Source: Candidatus Heimdallarchaeota archaeon
GTDB lineage: Archaea; Asgardarchaeota; Heimdallarchaeia; Hodarchaeales; Hodarchaeaceae
NCBI GenBank assembly: GCA_048881705.1
Contig: JBHLSH010000091.1
Span: 1 to 13,670 of the forward strand
Length of the DNA: 13,670 bases
Direction: 5' to 3'
Part shown: positions 6,348 through 13,568 of the stretch, one piece after another
Layout of the letters: every line of letters begins with the position of its first letter
How positions within the stretch are numbered: the first letter of the stretch is position 1
Notes under the pieces: generated by a model
What the model was told of the DNA's origin: nothing
The model's input: only the letters and a program-made list of their open reading frames with translations
The model's database searches: none
Program-made: the position numbers and the translations under genes

Positions 6348-8573
6348 ATGTTTTACATTAATTTAGGTATATTTGGAATGGATTTAGGAGTAGTTTTACT
6401 CTTTATAGGCCTTATAGGCTTGATTCTTGATTTATTCATTGTACTTTTGGGCGAAAATATCGAAAGATGGGAAGATTATTCTGAGGTCAGCCTCATTATT
6501 AGCGGATTATCTCTGATAACCTCATTTTTTTACTTTGGTTTCTCGGTCATTACTGCTGATTATGGTTTTACATATGTTAGCAGTTTTGTAAATAATAGTA
6601 TGGATATTTTTATGAGGATATCCGCTATTTGGTCAGGCCAAGCAGGCTCTTATTTCTTCTGGGCGTTTCTCGCAGTAGTTATCTATTTGATAACTCGACT
6701 ACTATTCCGGCAATACTCCCATGAAACTTTTTTCTGGCGTGTATTTGCGCTGATGGCATTTCAAGTAGCAATCTTGACCTTGCTGACAATTTTAAGTGAA
6801 CCATTTAGGATCGAACCAATCGCTAAGACAGATGGTATTGGCCTCAATCCACTCTTGATGAATTTCTGGAATTTTATCCACCCGCCCATAATATTTGTGG
6901 GATACGCTCTATGCTTAATTCCAATGGTTATTGGAATTGTCAGAATTTCCATTCTTGAAAAAGGGAAAGTTCCCAATTTTGATGGGAAAGATACCGTGGA
7001 TAAATTCTTTGATTTTGTAGTTTCCTTAGCGTGGCTTGTTCTGGGCTCAGGTATTATCATTGGTGGCTATTGGGCTTATATCACCCTAGGTTGGGGGGGA
7101 TTTTGGGCATGGGATCCCGTAGAGACAGCTTCATTAATACCCTGGTTATTCTTGACCCTTTACTTCCATGGTATTTCCTTTCATCGTAAAAACGAATATC
7201 TTGGGAATTATATCATTAGTATGACGTACCTTGGCGCCTTATTTGCAACGTATCTAACACGAAGCGGAATTCTTTCCAGTGTCCACACCTTTGCTCCTGA
7301 TGGAATTCTGGAAAGTCTTTTGACGATCATCGTACCTTCTAACAGTTTTATTATGGCCATTATTTTAAGAGTAATCCCTGATGAAAGAATGTTGGTGTTA
7401 TTCGTTGTTATTCTCGTAACCTTTATAGCTGTGCATTTTATGGGTATAAAGAACGAAGGAGTTAAACAACTCCCTATTACATTGGGAAAATCTGATTTTC
7501 AGATAAAGAAGGCTCGACGAACCGCCTTAAAAATCTCATATCTCGCGCTTTTTTTCGGCACAATCGTCATGGTACTAGGTTTAATAACGCCCGTCTTGGT
7601 TGACATTCTTGGGTATATTGTTACTTTGAGTCCTAACGGATTTGAATTTACTTTATCCATTGGTCCACCTTTCTTTAATACTATGCTCGCCCTTTTCGGA
7701 GGTATAATGCTTTTAGCGCAATTTTTCTGCACCTTTTATCCCCGAATAAGCGTGAAGCGAAAGTTTGGATTATTGGTTGGAGGAGTAACTGCTGGGGTTC
7801 TGTTCGCTGTGAGCGGAATTCTATATCGAAGCGGATCTCTTTCATCGATTCTAGGAGACGGAAATCTGATTTCGGCATTCTTCAGTAACTTTTGGACTAC
7901 TAGTGATAAAGCAAATCTGGTTATACCTCTGATTGTCTTGGGAATGGTGGGCCTATTCATTGAATTCATAGTTGTCGCTCTAAAAGAAGAAAAACAGTTA
8001 ATGCGGAAATCTTCGCAGACAATGTTGCATTTATCATTCCTAGTGATTATATTAGGGGCAATTTTAAGTGCTAATATGGTCATTGCTCACGAAATCACGG
8101 TTCAAGCGGGAAATGACTATGAAATAGCCGGGACATCTCTCAAAATTTCGATACTGGATTTGGATCAAAGATTTCCTGAAAGCGGGCAAAATTCTGTTGA
8201 ATACGATACCACTTTCATGATTATAGCAGGTACAAGAGTAATCGGTGTTGCGATTAGTCAATTTGCTTTGGATCGTGTAGACAGGCAAAATCCAAAGGTA
8301 ACTATCATCAGTGACTTCCTTGCAGATATATACGTTGTTACGTCTGGAGTATTTCAAAATAGGATTACCAACAGATTTGATATGTCTATTCTGCAAATAA
8401 GAATAATCCCATACATCGGTATTCTCTGGATCGGTTGCCTTCTCCTACATTTTGCAGTAATTCCCTTAACAATCAAGAGATTTGTTGATATGAAACAGGT
8501 ATTCTCTTCATCTACCGCAGAAAAGGGTAGAATTGAGCCTGAAGAAAGGATTCCGACTCAAATGAAAACATAA
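6348..8573 (+). CDS. ccmF: Cytochrome c biogenesis heme lyase CcmF (System I), full-length
   Basis: WWD motif WGGFWAWDPVETASLIPWL; WSGQAGS; GLNPLL; conserved His in IHPP, YFHG and SVHTF; polytopic membrane protein. Confidence 0.95.
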   Translation: MFYINLGIFGMDLGVVLLFIGLIGLILDLFIVLLGENIERWEDYSEVSLIISGLSLITSFFYFGFSVITADYGFTYVSSFVNNSMDIFMRISAIWSGQAGSYFFWAFLAVVIYLITRLLFRQYSHETFFWRVFALMAFQVAILTLLTILSEPFRIEPIAKTDGIGLNPLLMNFWNFIHPPIIFVGYALCLIPMVIGIVRISILEKGKVPNFDGKDTVDKFFDFVVSLAWLVLGSGIIIGGYWAYITLGWGGFWAWDPVETASLIPWLFLTLYFHGISFHRKNEYLGNYIISMTYLGALFATYLTRSGILSSVHTFAPDGILESLLTIIVPSNSFIMAIILRVIPDERMLVLFVVILVTFIAVHFMGIKNEGVKQLPITLGKSDFQIKKARRTALKISYLALFFGTIVMVLGLITPVLVDILGYIVTLSPNGFEFTLSIGPPFFNTMLALFGGIMLLAQFFCTFYPRISVKRKFGLLVGGVTAGVLFAVSGILYRSGSLSSILGDGNLISAFFSNFWTTSDKANLVIPLIVLGMVGLFIEFIVVALKEEKQLMRKSSQTMLHLSFLVIILGAILSANMVIAHEITVQAGNDYEIAGTSLKISILDLDQRFPESGQNSVEYDTTFMIIAGTRVIGVAISQFALDRVDRQNPKVTIISDFLADIYVVTSGVFQNRITNRFDMSILQIRIIPYIGILWIGCLLLHFAVIPLTIKRFVDMKQVFSSSTAEKGRIEPEERIPTQMKT

Positions 8574-8590
8574 CTGTTTGAGGTGAACTA

Positions 8591-8983
8591 GTGATGAGTA
8601 CAAAAAACCTTATCATGGTTGTATCGACAGTCGTTATTTGTTTGAGTGCTTTTTTTCTTCTTATAGCAAATACATCTACTCCAGTATTTACCGTAAAAGA
8701 ACTGATAGATCATTCTCAACCCGATTCTTTAATGAATAAGAACATCCAAGTGATAGGAGTTGTAGAAGATATGAATAGCACGGGTTTCTATATATCTGAT
8801 CCTGAAGACGTTGATAACACCTCATTACTCATTTATGTCAATTCAACTAATGTAATAAGACCCTCAGGATTTGAAACTGGAAAAACAGTGCTTGTTGAAG
8901 GAGAACTCCTCTCTATAACTAGTTTATGGAAATTCAAGGCAAGATTGATCAGTACCAAATGCCCCTCAAAATACACATCGTAA
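8591..8983 (+). CDS. ccmE: Heme chaperone CcmE, CxxxY type (System I*)
   Basis: N-terminal TM, OB-fold-like VIGVV...VLVEG and terminal ISTKCPSKY (CxxxY); 17 bp after ccmF; GAGGTGA SD at 8580-8586. Confidence 0.93.
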   Translation: MMSTKNLIMVVSTVVICLSAFFLLIANTSTPVFTVKELIDHSQPDSLMNKNIQVIGVVEDMNSTGFYISDPEDVDNTSLLIYVNSTNVIRPSGFETGKTVLVEGELLSITSLWKFKARLISTKCPSKYTS

Positions 8984-9088
8984 ACCCCAACTTTCGCCTC
9001 GAAGGATCAAGAATCTATCAAGAAATTTACAAGTTTGCGAAGAGAACTGAATGAATTCCAGAAATTATTGGTAAAATCTTCCCTAGGA

Positions 9089-9208
9089 CAGAGGATTCAG
9101 AGTAATTAGGTTACTTTCTGCATACTAGATTATTAACACTTTAGCAAACGCTCATAATCTTAATCTCCCTAGGAAACCTGTATCAGAAGTAAAAATCTGA
9201 ATCCTCTG
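9089..9208. repeat. Perfect 13-bp inverted repeat pair enclosing 94 bp
   Basis: CAGAGGATTCAGA (9089-9101) and TCTGAATCCTCTG (9196-9208). A TCCCTAGGA direct repeat also occurs at 9080-9088 and 9166-9174. Confidence 0.7.
9105..9158 (+). promoter_or_regulatory. Conserved 54-bp operator+promoter element, copy 3
   Basis: ATTAGGTTACTTTCTGCATACTAGATTATTAACACTTTAGCAAACGCTCATAAT; the first 15 nt are identical to copy 1. Confidence 0.7.
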
Positions 9209-9267
9209 ATCAATTTTCATATCATAAGAACAACGAAAATAGAGGAGAAAAAAGGAAAGGAACAGAT

Positions 9268-9975
9268 TTGAGCAGGAAAACCACAATTTTGTTGATATTG
9301 TCCGGTGCAGCTGCTGCAATCGGATTGGTAAGTGCAATTGGAAGTACATGCACAACTTTTGATCCCCAATGGTGGAAGGTAGCCTCATTCTCCATTATTG
9401 CGGACTTTCAATTGATCTTTATCCTCACTTACATAGTTACTTGGTTGGTGGCCTTGGCATGGGGTGTTCTATTTTGGGCTTTAAGAGTGAAAAAACCATG
9501 GTTCTATCGTTCAGCACTAATCACCAGCATAGCAGGATTCCTAAGTGGATTTATTCCAGTGGCCATCCTATTTTATGAATGGTGGGCCAGTTATGGAGTC
9601 ACTGGTATGGCATTCACGCCTTCATGGTTCCGTACAATTATCAATGCAGTTATTCTAGTCGTACTCCTCCTCCCTGTAATGAGAACTGAAATACAAAACA
9701 TGGTTGAAGAGAAAGCTGCTCTCCCAGGGATGAGTACGGGAACACAGATTTCTGATTTCGCCTTTGTTTTGTTCGGATTCGGGATTGTATTGATGTTACA
9801 ACCATACATTATGCCTGCCACCCATATAATTAATGGTGTGAACGTAGGTTATGATTATGAAGAGCTGCAATTCTTCGGTGGTCTACTCTCTCTCCTCCTT
9901 GGAGTAGCGATTCGGCTAATTGGATATTTACTTAACATGTTTTATTCGCCGATCCCCACCTCTAGCCAAACATAA
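9268..9975 (+). CDS. Hypothetical polytopic membrane protein (about 6 TM)
   Basis: TTG start after a purine-rich AGGAAAGGA; six hydrophobic segments; no family motif I can name with confidence. Confidence 0.8.
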   Translation: MSRKTTILLILSGAAAAIGLVSAIGSTCTTFDPQWWKVASFSIIADFQLIFILTYIVTWLVALAWGVLFWALRVKKPWFYRSALITSIAGFLSGFIPVAILFYEWWASYGVTGMAFTPSWFRTIINAVILVVLLLPVMRTEIQNMVEEKAALPGMSTGTQISDFAFVLFGFGIVLMLQPYIMPATHIINGVNVGYDYEELQFFGGLLSLLLGVAIRLIGYLLNMFYSPIPTSSQT

Positions 9976-10002
9976 AACCCTTAATTGGACTCTTAATGGT
10001 TT

Positions 10003-10089
10003 GATAGGACTGATTTGCTTACTGAAAACTTGATAATTATAGATTCAGTTCCTATCCCCATTTTTTATCCAGAACGCTCTAATCTGGAT
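10003..10089. terminator. Two hairpins and a T-tract between convergent genes (possible bidirectional terminator)
   Basis: GATAGGACTGA(10003-10013)/TCAGTTCCTATC(10045-10056); T6 at 10061-10066; ATCCAGA(10067-10073)/TCTGGAT(10083-10089). Confidence 0.35.
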
Positions 10090-10144
10090 CATCAGAACCC
10101 GCATACTAAATCTACCAACCTTTTCCTCAAAGGATAGCTTTCTC

Positions 10145-10600
10145 CTAAGGAGCATCCAATAGTGATGATGCCTTATCTATATCAATAACTGGAACACTAT
10201 TATGGATGCAATGAAAAGATCGGCATTTCTTTTGTCGTACTGATCCCCATTTGAAACCCCATCCTTTCAAAATGGCGAAAATAACTTGAAAATCAATTCC
10301 TTTTTCAGTCAAAGAGTACCTCACTCTAATGGGCATCGTTCCACCCAAAACCTCTCGTCGAAGGATTCCATTCTCTTCTAATCTACTTAAACACTCTGAT
10401 AGGACTCGCGCGGAGATTTTTCTCCCATAAGTTCCTTCAATTCTTTTCAAGAGGTCAGAAAAGTACAGATTATTCTCCTCAAGTAGTTCACAGATTATCC
10501 AGGGTATCCATTTACGCCCTAGGATCTTAATCGCAATTAAGGCAGAACAATCGTCTACTGAGTGTTGAATTTCAGATTTAACAACTTCTGTTTCTATCAA
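10145..10600 (-). CDS. HxlR/DUF24-family winged-helix transcriptional regulator, Cys-rich
   Basis: C..AIKILGRKW...IICEL...YFSDL...ISARVLSECLSRLEENGILRRE...PIRVRYSLTEKG...LKGWG is the HxlR signature. N-terminal Cys18; C-terminal extension CRSFHCIH. Confidence 0.92.
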   Translation of the reverse strand: MIETEVVKSEIQHSVDDCSALIAIKILGRKWIPWIICELLEENNLYFSDLLKRIEGTYGRKISARVLSECLSRLEENGILRREVLGGTMPIRVRYSLTEKGIDFQVIFAILKGWGFKWGSVRQKKCRSFHCIHNSVPVIDIDKASSLLDAP

Positions 10601-10786
10601 TTCTGTATCAATCCTTAGAGACTGTTTGATTTTCGTTCAAATGTTGGCTTTGGGAGTTGACGTTGATGATCCTTCATCACTTTCACAGATAGGTTTGGAT
10701 GCAAATCATCGCAAATCTGCAAAAGAACGATTCAAATCGTCATGAATTTAAAAATAATTCCTATTCTTAAGTCTTTCCTAGTAAAA

Positions 10787-10809
10787 TTACCAGGTAACTA
10801 TTTCGTAAC
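10787..10809. promoter_or_regulatory. Candidate operator in the divergent hxlR / HCO-like intergenic region
   Basis: Palindrome TTACC-A-GGTAA (10787-10797) overlaps the direct repeat GTAAC-N6-GTAAC (10794-10809). AGGTAACT resembles the AGGTTACT core of the 54-bp element. Confidence 0.4.
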
Positions 10810-11003
10810 AGGCTCCCACAAAGTAAACTTGCTTCTCAAAACCTTACCAAATACTATTAACACGGTTTTTAATTGCAAAACACGAAATCTGATCATAATT
10901 ACTCCATGCTGATTAGAGTTCTCGACTTTTAAATCGTAATCAATCTAACGGAAATTTTTAATAATAAATATGTTTTAACCATTAAAAATGACAAAATCGA
11001 GGT

Positions 11004-12611
11004 ATGTTGATGGTGAATATCCACATTGAGAAAGTCAAAGAAGACTCTTTTCCTGTTAAAAACCAATGGTTACGATCCAAATTAAATTATGGATTTGGAA
11101 CGTATAAAGGATTACTTACAATCACGATTGTTTATGAATTTATCCTTATTTTAACCTTGGGATCATTCTCTGAACCCATGGTCAACCTACTTGGCGCTCC
11201 ACTGCTACCAATCACATTAGATGATGGTACACGAGTTGCACGGATTGTCATGCTTTATCATTCATTTGCACTCCCCTTTGTGGCTGCGATAACCTACTTC
11301 ATTCTGGAATTTTGCGACGTTCGGAAGAATTGGGAATCCCGGACTAAGATTTTGATTTTCCCTGGAAGCATGATCGCTTCCATTTCTGGAATATTATTTG
11401 CCTATTTCTTCCCTCACAACTGGATCATTCATGGGTTCTTTATTTTTGGCCTTTCTTTGGTATTCCTTAGTGGACTTTTTCTATTTATTGGAGTGTTTCC
11501 ATGGAAAAAATTTCCAGATCCAGAAAAGAAGGTGGATGGCCCTTATCTCTTCGGTATCAATATTGCACAAGTCGCATTGGCATTATTTGTTTTTTGTGTC
11601 TTGGTTTCTACGATAATCGGAGCTGCTGCAGGAGCATATTTTGGAAATGGATTTGAAGCATTCCTTGCTGAACACGTTCTTATAGAAAGACATCTTGTAC
11701 ATACTCTCTTTGAAGCCGCAATAATCTCTCATCTCCATATTATGCTCGCACTAATTGATGTCGGGATACTCCTGGTAGTATTTCGTTATACCTTTCCCGA
11801 GCAAAACGGGCGGTGGTATCTCGCATCCATGGTTTTAACCATACCAGGTATGCTAGTAATGTCAATAGGCGCCTGGCTTGTTACTATCGCTGACGAAATT
11901 AATTTGCCATTCGATTCGCATTATTTGATTTATGCTGGCGCTGCTATTCTTCTTTTGGCTGGAATTATTCTCGCCCTTGCTGGTTGGAAGAAGACCAGCA
12001 AAGAAATTTTGGGAAATTCATACGATTCTTCTTCCCTATTCACTCGGATCAGGGCCGCTTTCAAAGACCCCGTGAAATTGGGTTTATATTTCCAATTTAT
12101 CTGGGTAAACATCGTGATGACTCTTCCTGGAATCTTTCTAGCACTCAGTCTACGAGACGATTCAATATTAACCAGAATCACTGGAATTCCATCGTTTCGG
12201 GAAAGTGGCCCCGAATTTGTTGAACTGATGGTCGCTCGAGGACACTGGCATGTTTTGGCGACACTTTCCGCGATCATAATGCTTCTTCTCGCTTTGGACT
12301 ACCTGAATGTTCAAGGCAGGGTTCGTCAAGTAATTGGATGGATACTGAACATAGGCAGTATCCTTGGTTTCCTATTCGCCGTTATCTTCATTTACTCCCC
12401 TCACTTTGATCCCAGAATCACACAAACCATCTATTACGGAGTGGCAAATGTAGAGGCCATTATTGACACATATATCGCAAACACTCCCCTGATGCAGTTA
12501 TCCTTCCTTATCATTGATCTTGGAATAGTTCTTTTTGTAGTTGGGCTTATTGTGTTTTGTCTCCATCAGTTAATAGAAATCCTCAAGGGTAAGATGGATG
12601 TAACAGGATGA
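11004..12611 (+). CDS. 12-TM His-rich membrane protein, putative heme-copper-oxidase-homology (HCOH) fold
   Basis: About 12 TM in three 4-TM units. His in TM2 (LYH86), TM6 (H243LH245) and TM10 (H414WH416), plus H143 (TM4) and H306 (TM8). GAGGT SD favours ATG 11010 as start. The CDS call is firm; the fold call is inference. Confidence 0.6.
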   Translation: MLMVNIHIEKVKEDSFPVKNQWLRSKLNYGFGTYKGLLTITIVYEFILILTLGSFSEPMVNLLGAPLLPITLDDGTRVARIVMLYHSFALPFVAAITYFILEFCDVRKNWESRTKILIFPGSMIASISGILFAYFFPHNWIIHGFFIFGLSLVFLSGLFLFIGVFPWKKFPDPEKKVDGPYLFGINIAQVALALFVFCVLVSTIIGAAAGAYFGNGFEAFLAEHVLIERHLVHTLFEAAIISHLHIMLALIDVGILLVVFRYTFPEQNGRWYLASMVLTIPGMLVMSIGAWLVTIADEINLPFDSHYLIYAGAAILLLAGIILALAGWKKTSKEILGNSYDSSSLFTRIRAAFKDPVKLGLYFQFIWVNIVMTLPGIFLALSLRDDSILTRITGIPSFRESGPEFVELMVARGHWHVLATLSAIIMLLLALDYLNVQGRVRQVIGWILNIGSILGFLFAVIFIYSPHFDPRITQTIYYGVANVEAIIDTYIANTPLMQLSFLIIDLGIVLFVVGLIVFCLHQLIEILKGKMDVTG

Positions 12612-13534
12612 CCCGACTAGAGATCCAGGATTCAATCCAGGGATACGGTGCGCCAATGTATCCCTCCTTTTCTTTTTCTCTTTATGGAGAATTAATTAAG
12701 GCTAAACAAACTTTTCTCTTGATGTATACTGTAGCATTTGCTTTTCTAATAAGTGCATGGCCTATTGGGATTATATTGGCTGATTTTTTCTGGCTCCTAG
12801 TGGGATTATTTCTCGCAATTTCGGGATCAACGATGCTTAACATGTATATAGATCGCGATATCGACGCTACCATGGGGCGGACAAGAGGTCGGCCTTTACC
12901 GAGTAATAGAATAAGGCCTTCAACCGTACTTTTCCACGGTCTTGCATTCTCCACTGCGGGCATTTTAGTTACAGGTGTTTTTATTAATCCCCTTACGATG
13001 ACAATGGTCTTTTTAGGTTGCTTTTTTGACGTAGTGATTTATTCTTTGTGGTTGAAACGACGAACCCGGTTTTCGATCATCTTTGGCGGCATCGCAGGGG
13101 GATTGCCAGCAATAGCAGGACGAACCGCGGTGACTGGAGCATTAGATATAATTGGACTCTTGTTAGGGTTGTTTGTTCTTAGCTGGATTCCGCTGCATAT
13201 CCTTTCAATTGCCCTAATACCAAGGAATTTGGAAGGTTACAAAAACTGTAATATCCCCATCTGGCCGGTCGTAAAAGGCGAGATACAGACATACAGAGTG
13301 ATTACTATTTCTGCGCTTTTGAGTTCATTTATCATTATAGTTTTAGGAATCTTGTTGAAAATCAATCCCTTAGCCTGGCTAATACTTCTTGTTTTCTGTT
13401 TTTTTATATTTTATCAGGCCATAACCAATCTCAAACGCCCTTCCAACACCAGAACATATAGAATATTCAAATTGGCCTCTTTATTCATGGCATTTGCTTT
13501 TTTCTGGCTTTTTATGGGCGTAGCATTTTCTTAA
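12608..13534 (+). CDS. ctaB: Protoheme IX prenyltransferase (heme O synthase, CtaB/CyoE; UbiA superfamily)
   Basis: NMYIDRDIDATMGRTRGRPLP, YSLWLKRRT, IIFGGIAGGLPAIAG, WIPLH and Y...IP motifs; ATGA overlap with the upstream gene. Confidence 0.93.
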   Translation: MTRLEIQDSIQGYGAPMYPSFSFSLYGELIKAKQTFLLMYTVAFAFLISAWPIGIILADFFWLLVGLFLAISGSTMLNMYIDRDIDATMGRTRGRPLPSNRIRPSTVLFHGLAFSTAGILVTGVFINPLTMTMVFLGCFFDVVIYSLWLKRRTRFSIIFGGIAGGLPAIAGRTAVTGALDIIGLLLGLFVLSWIPLHILSIALIPRNLEGYKNCNIPIWPVVKGEIQTYRVITISALLSSFIIIVLGILLKINPLAWLILLVFCFFIFYQAITNLKRPSNTRTYRIFKLASLFMAFAFFWLFMGVAFS

Positions 13535-13568
13535 AAGGATTGCACACAATTTCCAAACGAAAAACCTT

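Noticed and set aside
6328-6350. Possible TAG/TGA read-through (Pyl/Sec) or fusion at gene junctions
   Set aside because: Downstream genes are out of frame, in-frame stops follow within a few codons, and no SECIS/PYLIS-like context was seen.
10597-10611. Four-codon TTG uORF whose stop overlaps the hxlR TTG start, within a short TTGATA(C)AGAA duplication
   Set aside because: Too short to distinguish from chance, and the hxlR start itself is uncertain.
11004-12611. Annotating the 535-aa protein as canonical CtaA/Cox15 or as a bona fide oxidase subunit I / NorB
   Set aside because: It lacks the 8-TM CtaA layout and EWxHR motif, and lacks HPEVY, the TM7 HH and the NOR HxxxE motif.
356-12963. 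Short overlapping and antisense ORFs in the track (e.g. 2451-2687, 6761-7060, 7736-8083, 8064-8396, 9152-9388, 11930-12277, 12682-12963)
   Set aside because: They lie within or opposite well-supported genes, carry no recognisable motifs, and are typical shadows of hydrophobic coding sequence.
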